Assembly: GCA_048128005.1 (NCBI GenBank)
Contig: JBEUKZ010000060.1
Location: 248,001 to 312,000 of the forward strand
From: Veleropilina oligotropha
Taxonomy: Eukaryota
DNA: 64,000 bases
Direction: 5' to 3'
Below the pieces are notes generated by a model. It made no database searches and was not told the DNA's origin. It was given only the letters and a program-made list of their open reading frames with translations. Within the stretch, counting starts at the first letter, position 1. Every line of letters begins with the position of its first letter. Both the position numbers and the translations under genes were made by a program. Below, one piece after another: positions 17,508 to 31,400 of the stretch.

Positions 17508-20500
17508 ATGTAAGTAGATAAGGGGGTTCATTCGCCATTTACAATAACATGAAATTGATAATTTCTACCATATTTTGTTATTTATATCTGGTACAGTATT
17601 TAGCTATCCAATTTATATAGGCTACACGAATATATTTAGGCCTGCATGTTTGCTGTCCGCATATATGACTCAGACTTCTGTGACCAGATCTACTTCATAT
17701 TTTATGTGTCACATCATCGCACGACGGTAGCTACTAGCTAGGAAGAAGAAATTAGTGTCCGTATAAACTATAATTAATACTAACATTTTCTCTCGTAAGT
17801 ATAGCAATTATTCGTCTTTGCACGGATTTTTGTTTTCTTCCTTCTTAATAAAAGATTTACATGGTGTTACATTTATTAAATGATAACTGATTCATTTACC
17901 AACAAGCACAACCGAGAGGAAGATAGTTGAGCCGCAGTGCCCACTCTCAATAAACTTAATTTTATCTTTCTAGATTGACCGAGTCCAGAGATATGTATTT
18001 TACACTTATTTGACTTTGGTGACCTTGACCTTTGACCTCATAAATCAATCAGTAGTTAGATATCCACTCATATATCATATATATGAAGTTTCGTGGCTAT
18101 ATGTTTTGAATTGACCATGTTATGCCATGTAAAGTCATCGTGGACATACACCACCACACACCATCACACAGACAGCCTCAATACAATCGTTTCTCTGTAA
18201 ATGGCTCAACTAATAATTGCCTAGAGAATCAGTTCAAATTGAATTCAGCAGCATGAGATTTACATTACAACCACCATCAACTTGTGCCAAGACCACTGTC
18301 AACTCGTGCCATTATGGCATAATCCGTCAACCACAGCCTATAGTGACTTAGTCCCGTCTGCCACGATTTCACTGTCACACTTTGTCTTATAAATACGTGT
18401 ATGTTATCGTTAACTATGATTAGTACAACCAGCTTTTAAACTAGTTATACTATCAAGTAATTTAATATATTGGTTATAATAAATTGTATTTATAATGACC
18501 AATTAATTTAATATTACTCTATAGTGCAGTATTTTCATTGCTGATTGCGCTACAGAGGTGTCAACCAGTATGATTTAATTGTATTTCGTCTGATTTTTAC
18601 ACCCAAAGACGATAATACCAATGATGAAATAAAGCCTACCGGTATTGTTTTCATGAATGAACAAATACCATACCTGTCAATTCTAGCGGAATGACCGGTA
18701 GATAACGGGATAGCACGTTTGTTTACTGTTGCATGAAAAATTAACAAAATCGTTTAATCTACCGAAATCGCGACATTTTACCGATTTGCAAAATATTTAC
18801 ACCCGATTAAGAAATAATCTTGCATTGGGTTAAAAATTTTCCAAATGTAAACCTACGAAGATGATCGGTACTTTCCGGTAGCTTCGCGGCGCGAGTTATG
18901 AAAAGCGATTGTGCGCGAAGCTATTTTGGTGTCCATTGAATAGCGTTTTGGCCTAATTAATTACTACAAAACTGTAAGCATTGTGTTAAAATGAAAGACT
19001 TTACCAGCAAATTGCTTTGTTTGTTAGTAATACTAAGCTTGCCGCAGAGTATTAAATTAGCCTGCATGGGTGAATATGTGATGCGACAATTGTAAAGCTT
19101 AAATACCTACACCAACGTAATTATTTTGCGTTTGTCAACGGCCGATAACTTGACGCCTATTACTAGTAAACTTTACCGAGATGGGCTTCGTTACACATAT
19201 CCAACGGTGTAACCGCAACATTTACTACAGAATTTGTGTTTGGGATTAAATCTTATCATTAATTTACCACGGAAATAATGGACAATTTAAAGATAATTTA
19301 GCATATATAGTGGAAAAATTCAACCCGATTTTAATAATGATTTAATTTCATCTTCACTGCTCAACCTGTAATTAGGCCTACAGTAATATTGAGGATACAT
19401 GCATATACGACAAATTTACAAGAGGCATTTTGATTTAGTGATTATTGGATAAATGAGCAAAACGTAATAGGTGTCAAATATGTGCAACTCATTTGTAGAA
19501 TTTAGAAACACTGGATACCATATTTATGATAACTAAGTCTGTTATTTGTGAACATGTCTGCTGTAATTATTTATAACTAACTGTCTTATAAATGTTAAAT
19601 TTATTATGTAGGCCTACAGTGTAAATATAATATTAATATTATTTTAATAACAAAATTTTAAAGTATAATAAAAATATGTATTTTATGTCATATTTTATTA
19701 TACGCGTAAATGATAATACACAAGATACATACTCACATTAAATGTACACACAAACAATACCAAATTTTAATTCCGCGACTCGTATTGTTATGTAGCGACA
19801 AAATATGAGTGTCACGACAAAATCTACCTGACACCCAAAATCAAATGTTGACAGGGCTGAAATTTATTGCTTTTGTGTGTTTTCTGTAAATGAATTTCAT
19901 TTCACATCATTAGTATTAATTTACCTTCATTATAATTTATTGCATATTTTATTTCGAAAACAGAATGAGATATTGATTTATCTGCCTGCGGACGATAAGC
20001 ATTAAAAGCAATGCAAAAATTAGAATTAGGTCGGGGAAATTCCATGCCTCGTAACAAATTCAGTTCAGCCTCGTTCTGAATAATTTTCATCGGACTGTTT
20101 CGACTTGGAAATCCATGCACAAATCGCTGCAATTGCAATAAAAGTCTGGAACAAAGATGAATATGGGTAAACATTTCGGTTTATTTCAAAATCTGACATT
20201 GGTATGATAATATCATGTACGCCCAATGGAATCTATTGTGGCATTGGCTCACTTCAGGGAAATTGATTGTAATGTTGACTTAACATGAGCATATCTTTTC
20301 CCTAGTTACGAATAACCTGACAAAATTTAGACCCACTTTATGGTCGAAAACCCTGGAGTCTGCTGAAGAGCATTGCCAATATGTATGGAAATTTATCATA
20401 TGGCATGTATGGGACGTCGCATGTCTTTGAGTAATGATCTCTTAGTCCTAAAAAAGTAAACGAGCCACTGTTAGTGCACTGCAAACAAACACAAAGGTTT

Positions 20501-23069
20501 CATTTTGCAGATACCCTCAAAATACAATATAGTACCGTATACGGTAACTATCACTGGTACGAATAACCATCTGCAAATAAAGTAAACATGATACCTTGCA
20601 GTTTGAGCATTTTAGGGTAACGTATTACACAGAGCGAGAGAGAGATAGAGATTTATATGTTATAAGTAGGAGATGTTGTATTGAGGTTTGAGCTATAGGC
20701 CATGAAAGGCAAATGACCAGAGTACAATTATTACGTATTTATTGAAAAAAGCATCGATCTGATGTTAACAGAGAGTGCACATAGTCTCTCTGCTGTCATC
20801 GTTCGTCGATTTATGGAATAATTCATTATGATTATATATATATGTGGATATCTTCATGCTTTCGCAGATTCACATTACTTCATCTATGTGACATCTATAT
20901 TAAATGTTGGAAAATATTTTTTGTGAGCATGTTCCGACTGTTTCATGTAACATTTTTCCCCCATCATTTTGAAACGTTAGGCAAAACGGAACACTTGAAT
21001 AAATGTCTGTTACTCATTTCTCCAAATCTAAGCATATATTTATGCCATTGAATTCTGTAAGAAAAACATGGTGTGTTTTGAATTTATTGTATTGCGCAAA
21101 ATGTTTACAGTTCACGATGCTCTGTATGAAGGAGATATATTATAACTAGACATTATTTATTTCGTAGGTTGAAAATAGAGTTCTATCATGTGTACATTTG
21201 TATTTTAAACCATTCAAACGCTTATAAATAGCTTGGTGGGATACTTGGATGCAGCCTGGTTGATGGTTTGATACAACGTAAAATGTAACAATTACGAAAA
21301 ATGTAACAATGTTACATTTTTCGTCAAATCAACGTGCAGTCGTGACGAAAAATGTAACAATTGACGAAAATTGTAACAATTAAGATATTGTTACATTTTG
21401 CGAAAACAGTTGCAACGAAAAATGTAACAAAACACATTGAGCAGAAAAATCCAAAATCTTTCGTCAACACTTCATGTTGCGCTGACGAAAAATGTAACAA
21501 TTATCATTTTTCTTAATTTTTAGAAAAAAATTATTTTACCAAGGCATTCTTAATTACTTCATTACATACATGTCCAGGATACAGAACCGATTGATGTAGC
21601 TATTGTAAATATTTATACTAAGGGAATTGTGTAGGGATGCTTCTCCGTCTTAATGATTCTTTGTCGACGATTATTCTCAAAACTCTATATAGGGCTAAGT
21701 TTTACAGGCATCGCATTGCCTAATAGTCAACGTTTCATGAACTTTTGGCGTCATGATTGTTCTACAAATGGAAGAGGTCATGGGGCATGCATTGGAGTGC
21801 GCGAGTGTAGATCTATCACCCCGCACACACTCACACACACTCACACACACTCTCTCTCACTCTCTCTCGCACACACACTCTCACTCTCTCTCTCGCACAC
21901 ACTCACTCTCTCTCTCTCACTCTCACTCTCTCTCTCACACACACTCTCACTCTCACACACACTCACACACTCTCTCTCTCACTCTCTCTCCCTCACACAC
22001 ACTCTCACTCTCTCTCTCACACACACTCTCACTCTCTCTCTCACACATACTCTCTCACTCTCACACACACTCTCACTCTCACACACACTCTCACTCTCTC
22101 ACACTCTCACACTCTGTCACTCTCTCACTCTCACACACACACTCTCTCTCACTCTCTCACACACACTCTCACTCTCTCTCTCACACACACTCTCACTCTC
22201 ACACACTCTCTCACTCTCACACACTCTCTCACTCTCACACACACTCTCACTCTCTCACACACTCTCACACACTCTCACTCTCTCACACACTCTCACTCTC
22301 TCACTCTCACACACACTCTCACTCTCTCACTCTCACTCGCACACTCACTCTCTCTCACACTCTCTCACACTCTCTCTCTCACACTCTCTCACACTCTATC
22401 GCACACTCTCTCACACTCACTCTCTCACACTCTCTCACACTCACTCTCTCTCTCTCACACTCTCTCACACTCTCTCACACACTCACTCTCTCTCTCACAC
22501 ACTATCACACTCTCTCTCTCTCTCACACTCACTCTCTCTCTCTCACACTCTCACACTCTCTCTCTCTCTCACACTATCTCTCTCTCTCTCTCACTCTCTC
22601 TCTCACACTCTCTCTCTCTCTCACACTATCTCTCTCTCACACTCACTATCTCACACACTCACACTCTCACCCTCTCTCACACACTCACTCTCTCACTCTC
22701 ACTCTCTCACACACTCACTCTCTCTCACAAACTCACTCTCTCCCACTCTCACTCTCTCTCTCACACTCTCTCTCTCACACTATCACACTCTCACTCTCAC
22801 ACTCTCACGCTCTCACTCTCACACTCTCACACTCTCACTCTCACACTCTCACTCTCTCACTCTCACACACTCACTCTCACTCTCACACTCTCACACTCTC
22901 TCTCTCTCACCCTCTCTCTCTCACACTCACTCTCTCACACACTCTCACTCTCACACTCTCACACTCTCACTCTCACACTCTCACTCTCACTCTCACACTC
23001 TCACACTCTCACTCTCACACTATCACTCTCACTCTCTCACACTCTCTCACTCTCACTCTCTCACTCTCA

Positions 23070-23114
<45 letters not shown>

Positions 23115-23520
23115 ACTCACTCTCTCTCACTCTCTCACTCTCACTCTCACACTCTCTCACACTCTCTCTCACTCTCTCTCTCACACTCTCTCTCTCACAC
23201 TCTCACACTCACACACTCTCACACTCTCACACACACTCTCACACACACTCTCACACACACTCTCACCCACACTCTCACACACACTCTCACACACACTCTC
23301 ACTCTCTCTCTCACTCTATCACTCTCTCTCTCACTCTCACTCTCTCACTCTCACTCTCTCACTCTCACTCTCTCACTCTCTCACTCTCACACTCTCACAC
23401 TCTCACTCTCACTCTCACTCTCTCACTCTCTCACTCTCTCACTCTCCCGCTCTCACTCTCGCACTCTCGCTCTCTCGCTCTCTCGCTCTCTCGCTCTCTC
23501 GCTCTCTCGCGCTCTCGCTA

Positions 23521-23565
<45 letters not shown>

Positions 23566-23611
23566 CTCGCTCTCGCTCTCGCTCTCGCTCTCGCTCTCGC
23601 TCTCGCTCTCG

Positions 23612-23672
<61 letters not shown>

Positions 23673-23794
23673 ATCGGTCGCAATAGCATCTTTAATATAT
23701 CTCCAAACAAAAATATGGATTTGGAGTACCAGTAACAACAATGAATGGATTACTGGCAAACTCACGGACAGATTTTATAAAGTAAAGATCATTA

Positions 23795-23828
<34 letters not shown>

Positions 23829-25337
23829 GTTCCTAAAGGATTACTCATTAAGTACCCATTACATTCAACTTATAATATCGAATACTCTCGCAGAACTTGC
23901 CAGGTCGATGAACTCACAACTATTGTTAGCAAGGCGAACATTTCTGAATCGGCTCTCGGTGAAGTCAAGAAGGTACCGGATTAACATTATACCAGACACA
24001 ACTACAAAAATATAAAACAGTAAAAATGAAAAAAACTTTGTAGTTTGACAGAAAAATGGGACCATACATGTAGGTAGCTCCACGGGAAATATCGCTGTCA
24101 ACCTCTCTGAATGCGAACCATCAATTGATGAACAAAATGTACTATCTTGTGGTCTCAATTTATGCCCTTCAATTCATATGGATAAGTTACAATTGTGCAG
24201 CGACTTAGAGGAATTCTTCAGACGACTCCGTTTGAAATAATTCTCCCATAGCAAGACATCCGATCTTAATTTAAATAAATCAACAATAGATCAATAACAC
24301 GGCCAAACAAAAAAATCCTCCTCCTGCAATCCACCCGAGAACCGTAATCCAAAACTTGATATGTACATATTATCCAAACAGTCACAACACATTGTGGAAG
24401 CCATTCGATCGAAAACATTAGTTCAGCCACGCACGACCTGGCACATTCTATCTGTTTCCGAAGATCCACAAACCATGTAGTCCAAGTCGTCCAATTGTAT
24501 CTACTATAGGTACAATAACAGAGGGTGTGTCAGGTTATGTCGACAAAATTATCAAACCCTACGCCATGAAAAGTCAGAGTTACATCAAAGACACCACCGA
24601 CTTCCTTTGTAAACTCAAAGACACCGCTATGCTTGCCACATTGGATGTTAAATCGTTATATACTAATATTCCACACACATATGGAATACAAGCTATACCC
24701 AACACAGTAAGGGATAGGGACATTGGCAATCTTATGTGTGAACTTTCAAATTTCGTATTAACACACAATAATTTCCAATTTGATGAATCAATGTATCTTC
24801 AAATAAGCGATACAGCCATGGGGACACGCATGACTCCACAATATGCGAACATCTTTATTCAATTCAATTAAATTAGTTTATTAAAGCTTTAAGCATAGTA
24901 CATGCTTGTAGCTGAAAACAATTCATTTACAGACAGGTGAGTACATGTGGTTGGCTAAACACAAAATGCATCAAATATAAAATAAAATGGATAAATCATT
25001 ATAGTGAAAGGAGTAATTACATTGTTATAAATGAATATGATTGGTTTACATATTGTATATACAGTTTTTGCACTTGAATACTAGTCTCACGTACAGAATC
25101 AATAATAATAATAATAATAATCAACAGCATTCAGTTAAAATATACATATACAATATACAATATAAAATCATTCATATAAAAATGCACACATAACCTATAA
25201 ATATTATGTACTAATTTTGTATTGTACATCAAGTTATTGTTGCTTTCTTAATAAATATACAAATATGCCTAAGTTGCTTAGCGTTTTTAATGAATTAATT
25301 GAAATTAATTTGATAATTTTTTGCTTGGTTGGCCATC

Positions 25338-25424
<87 letters not shown>

Positions 25425-28400
25425 CGTGTGTGCGGGGTGATAGATCTACACTCGCGCACCCCAATGCATGCCCCATGACCTCTTCCATTTGTAGAACAAT
25501 CATGACGCCAAAAGTTCATGAAACGTTGACTATTAGGCAATGCGATGCCTGTAAAACTTAGCCCTATATAGAGTTTTGAGAATAATCGTCGACAAAGAAT
25601 CATTAAGACGGAGAAGCTTCCATACACAATTCCCTTAGTATAAATATTTACAATAGCTACATCAATCGGTTCTGTATCCTGGACATGTATGTAATGAAGT
25701 AATTAAGAATGCCTTGGTAAAATAATTTTTTTCTAAAAATTAAGAAAAATGATAATTGTTACATTTTTCGTCAGCGCAACATGAAGTGTTGACGAAAGAT
25801 TTTGGATTTTTCTGCTCAATGTGTTTTGTTACATTTTTCGTTGCAACTGTTTTCGCAAAATGTAACAATATCTTAATTGTTACAATTTTCGTCAATTGTT
25901 ACATTTTTCGTCACGACTGCACGTTGATTTGACGAAAAATGTAACATTGTTACATTTTTCGTAATTGTTACATTTTACGTTGTATCATGGTTCTTTTGAG
26001 TTCTTCTCTGCCGATAATTACTGAAGAAGTCAAATAAATTACACTTCAGTATTGACCCACCCTCTCCGGAAATATTTTTGGGTGGAAGATCTGTCATCTA
26101 ACCCCCAAGATCGAAAACCTTTCAGTTTGATCTAGCAGGGCTTTCTCAATGGACGAAAGCACAATAATATAGGTTTTATCGTGTTGAATTTTATTAGTTG
26201 AACTTGTTTGTCGAAGAAGAACCTAATACTTCAGTAATAGTTGTGTTATTGAAATTTACTGTCATGTCCTTGAAAACTGTTGAGCGTCATGTTGATATTA
26301 ATGCTAAATGAAGCCATTTTGCACGAATTCTCTGTGCTGTGTTGCTGTGTGGTCAGGCGCTCTCAGCTGGTGTAACATGACCGCTCTCTTCTGTGGGGGC
26401 GGAGGCTGTCAATATCTGTTACGTGACCGATTTCTGCTCTGGGACCCCGGGTTGCCGTGGGATTCGAGGCTGTCATTGCACATCGATCGTCCTGTGTCTC
26501 AGCTGACGGAGGTTGGCTTGGGACGTCGGTATTGATCGCCCGCCGTCATTCATCTTCTCCCTCTGCTGTTCTCGCGAGTGTTGAGCCTGTGAGCGGCTTG
26601 TGTATGGGTTGAAAATCAATAAGATCTCCAGTACACTGATGAATGCTTATTGCTAGCTGCTATTTATAGAGCACTTGCTCGCTATTTAAAGACAGTTCAT
26701 CTGTTGGCTTAGTGATTTTATATTATAAAAACTTCTGTTCAAATGATTAGGTAATTGTCAAAATATTTTTGGTTGCAAACCTATGCTCGAATTGTCTAAA
26801 TCGGTATTTGGTTCTTAACAATTCAGCTGCCAATTAAATGGTGGAAGTTAAATGTCAGAATAATTGTACTGCTTGGTTATAAGTAAATTATAATAGTTAA
26901 TTTTGGGCAGATAAATAATTTCATAAATAAATCGTCCTGTGATTATTTATGTTTGATAATCTGCATTTGATAATGATATGCTGGGAGGTTATTTTCACAG
27001 CTCTGTGGTCATAAATTTGTTAGTGATCAATGTGTAATTATTTCTCCATAGTGAATCATTGATATATTATTTTCTTGAGTTATTTTACTTTTTGGATCTT
27101 CATTTAATAGTAAGATAGATATGTCTGTTTATAGTATGTTGATTTTGGTGTTTATCATTAAGGTCTGAAGACGACTACCATGTTATAGTCAGGTATATGA
27201 GCATTATTGCATGCACCTCTCAGCAAACTAAATTTGTTTTGTTTTCTTGTTTTTTACCTGATCATTGTGCATGGGTTTTGGATAATTATTTATTTTCATT
27301 TAAACCTTAATAGCTGATATAAGCCTGAAGGATGATTTCCCAGAAGTGATGAGAACCAAAGTGGTTTGGATTCTCCCAGCTGACAGGAACTGCTGCTGGT
27401 ACTTCCAGCGGACATGAACCAGACTGCTGCAGTTTTTCCCAGCTGACGGGAACAAATATGCCGCAGATTCTTCCGGCTGACGGAAACCAAAAACTGGATT
27501 CTCAGCTGACAGGAACCAAGATGCTGTGGATTCTCCCAACTGATGAGAACCAAAATACTACGGATTCTCCAACCTGACAGGAACCAAAACAGTACTAGGG
27601 TTTCTCTCAGCTGACGAGAACCAAAACGTTGCGGATTCTCTTAGCCCACGGAAGCCTGAGGGATGTCGGCATCTCCCAGCCGATGAAAGGTGATGGGAAC
27701 CAAAATCCTGTGGATTCTCCATGCTGACTGCAACCTAAATCCTGCGGATTCTCCATGCTGACTGCAACCTAAACCCTGTGGATTCTCCATGCTGACTGCA
27801 ACCTAAACCCTGTGGATTCTCCATGCTGACTGCAACCTAAACCCTGTGGATTCTCCATGCTGACTGCAACCTAAACCCTGTGGTTTCTCCATGCTGACTG
27901 CAACCTAAACCCTGTGGATTCTCCATGCTGACTGCAACCTAAACCCTGTGTATTCTCCATGCTGACTGCAACTTAAACCCTGTGGATTCTCCATGCTGAC
28001 TGCAACCTAAACCCTGTGGATTCTCCATGCTGACTGCAACCTAAACCCTGTGGATTCTCCATGCTGACTGCAACCTAAACCCTGTGGATTCTCCATGCTG
28101 ACTGCAACCTAAACCCTGCGGATTCTCCATGCTGACTGCAACCTAAATCCTGTAGATTCTCCATGCTGACTGCAACCTAAACCCTGTGGATTTTCCCAGC
28201 TGATGACTAGTGATGAGTACCAAAAAACTGGATTCTCCCAGCTGATGAGAGGCTAATTTCTGTCAGATTCTCCAGATGGTGGGAAACAGAAATTGTCAGA
28301 TTATCCCACCGGAAGAGACGATCAAGTTGTCAGTTGCAAACTCCCAACGCCACTACTAATATATTCAAGCACTTTTACCATGTAATTACTGTTTTACATA

Positions 28401-31400
28401 CCAAAATACTGTGGATTCTGTCAGCTGATGAGAGGCTAATTTCTGTCAGATTCTCTTGATAATGGGAGTTGAAAATTGTGAGATTCCATCTGAAGAGCGA
28501 TAGTTATCAGTTGCAAACTCCCAGCGCCACTACTAATATAATCAAGCACTTTTACCATGTAGTTACTGTTTTACGTAACCTTATGAATATGTCCTGTTGT
28601 CCATGGTCCACCAACAAGGCATCTTAAACTATAAATGTGACGTAGTCAGTTTGGGCTTGCTGCATACACCATTTTCTATGTAAACAATTTATTTTTTGTC
28701 ATTTGTGTCTGTTGTCGGTATTACTATAATCAGGGTTCGTACGGGTCATGGAATTTGATATTAAAAAATCCAGGCCTGAAAAACTTGGAAAATGCCTACT
28801 TATTTTGCATGGTCATGGTAAACGATATTTTAGAAGCTCTGTAATAAAGATAGTAAATAACTTGTGGTGCTGTTCTTTCGTAGCCGTATTTATAAACGAA
28901 ATCGTAGCTACATCTTGATGTGGCAATTTCCTTCCGTTTTCGCTATTTACGTAAATCCTTTTTTGATATTTATGGTAAATGCCTTGATTATATTCGATTT
29001 GTCCCGACATGTACATATTGACGAAGTCTGATACGCCTCGGAAATTTTGAATTAGTCATTGAATAGTCATGGAATTTTGCAAGAGAACATGTGTACGAAC
29101 CCTGTATAATACAGTTAGACTATTATTGCCATATATAGTTACAAACATACTTACGTCCTTACTCTTGCCATAATAGTATATTATCGCCCAAACCGGAAAT
29201 GGTGAATATGTCCCATAATGCACCGTTAACAAGCCAAAAAAGCACACGGTTACCTCCCCTGCTCCTACCCCCCACGTTCCCTAGCGAGACTTCGCCAAGT
29301 CTCGTGAGACTTCTGAACAATAGAAGTCACATGACATCAATTCAAAGTTTTCCGCTGCCGCGGAAAGACGTTGTTTTTGCTCCGCAAATATTTCGATATA
29401 GGCGCCCGATTTCACGTTAAATCAGGGCGCAGTTTCTACTTATATAGTATATAAGTAGTGGAATATAACAGTGTTGTGGATATAAAACACATGTGAATAT
29501 AAGAAGAGTGATTCTCAAAACTTCGAGGAAAGTTCTGGACATCAAAGGAAACAGACATCGTCGTCAAGGACGCCAGTGGCCATTAAAGATGGCCGCTTAG
29601 AGGGAAAGTTTCGAGTGGTAGCTGAAATTTCTGGTCTGTATAATTATCTGATATTGTTTGAGACTGCAAAACAGGTAACTCATTATATTGGATAATTCCT
29701 TAACAACGCTATTTGCTGGTTATTTATTATATATAAAATTTTCTAGCGTTGTTAAAAGGCAGGATCTTTTGATATTAAGCTTGCGTTAATTTTCTGATAT
29801 CCTGCCGTTGCTGGGATAATACGCCATTGTACTAACTTAAAACATCCACGAGGTTTTCAGGTGTTTTTCTGGGCGGGTTTTTTCGAGGAAAGAACCCCCC
29901 TTTGTTTTAGTCAATTTGCCGGGTTACCGGGTCGGTCGGGTAAAATACCCGACCTCGGTGTTCCCAGTTCGGGGTTCTAATAACGGTATATCGCTTGATC
30001 TCTAATCTTCAGATCAGGACAATTCTGTGAGTTGTCGTAGTACTCCCTCCAAGGAAAGAAGTCTCAACTACCAAATATATACCTATTTATCTACCCCGTC
30101 TACCCACGTCCACCCTCCCGTGTATTTAGCTATGGTCCGGTGCAGTAGCTCCGGGTGTAACCAGAAAATTCACGTATTTGATAGGCACAAGGAATGTTGT
30201 ACTCACCGTAGCTGTAGTATACATCATCAATGTGATCTGTGCTTTCTTCTATCAGATAAGCAGTGGGCAACCCTGTCTCACCACGGTAAGTCGACCAGGG
30301 CGACTGCCACGGTGGGTCCTCCCCAGGAGAAGGGTCAGGAAGAGACCGGTAAGTTACCTAACGTTTCTTCTTTGTCTGCTTCAGGGACGCTGGACGACAG
30401 CCGACACAAGGGGACGTCTGTCGCCGGATCCACCGGCGAAACCTCCGCGACTCTTGGGAGAGTCACCGAAACCTTGCCGGTACCCAAGATTCAGGTAAAG
30501 ACCCGAGTGTCGACCGATCCTCCTAAACCGGGCCTAGTAGCTGCAGTCAGCCATACCTTGCCGGCTAGCAAGGTATACATGACAGCGCAGCGAACAGCTG
30601 TACAGGGCAGACCATCCCCATCCTTTTCTTCGGCCTCGAAGAATAAGGGGACAGTTAGTCCTTCTGCGGGAAACTCACCGTCTTCCTACGGTGACAGACC
30701 CAATGCAGAGAAAGCCTTTAAAGAGGCCGGGCACCTACTTGTAGGTCTAAGACTCAGACAATCGGCGAAACCTGAATCCTCGGTCGAGAACGATGCGACT
30801 TCCCCTAGGGGTTTTCCGCTCAACCTCGAAGCTCACGAGACATTCAGAGGGCCCGGTCTCTCCCGTGCACCCACCGTGGTCACGCTAGAGAACGTGGACA
30901 GACCGGCTGCGTTCGGGACGGGGTTCTACGGCGGTTTTCCGTCCGTGCCTCGCTCGAACAGAGTGGTAGACCGATCAGAACTGTTGCCGCAGTCCTATCG
31001 GTCGTCCGGCCCACTGACTGCGCCTCCGGGCCAGTCCTTCGGGTTCGACCCCTCGACAAGTGCCCGTGGACCCTGGTCCTCGGTTCGACCTGTCAATGCA
31101 GCCCGTCTACCTAGCGCCACGGTTACCTCGACAGAACTACCGGCTGTTAGTTCGTCGCCCGTCCTGCCTCCGGGTTTCTCTTTTGAGAACGTCCAGGCAT
31201 GGATCGCGGCGGGGATCGAGGAACGGTGTAAGGCCTGGCCGACGGCTCCCGAGCCGCACCTGGTACCTACACTTCTGCCCATGGCGCAGAGCACGGCTCC
31301 TGCCTCAGTGATAGACATCGACCCTCGTTCCGACGAGGATCTCTGTTCAAATCACACCGACCTCCCTGAATCGGTCGGGTCCGAAGACATTAGTCTTACA

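Larger units (their letters stand above)
21269..25987. mobile_element. Non-autonomous fold-back DNA element: ~560-bp TIRs, TG...CA ends, 5-bp TSD (TGGTT)
   Basis: 21269-~21830 is the reverse complement of ~25425-25987. TGGTT at 21264-21268 and 25988-25992. Many subterminal aaatgtaacaa motifs. Confidence 0.88.

Noticed and set aside
18553..19859. Possible hAT-like element (cagaggtgtcaac / gttgacagggctg)
   Set aside because: TIR match is weak and no TSD is visible.
21653..23765. Long ORFs (677 aa, 660 aa, ER/AR repeats)
   Set aside because: Translations of a CT/CA microsatellite that contains no stop codons; not genes.
27703..28197. CRISPR-like array (34-bp period)
   Set aside because: Units are contiguous with no unique spacers, there are no cas genes, and the context is eukaryotic.
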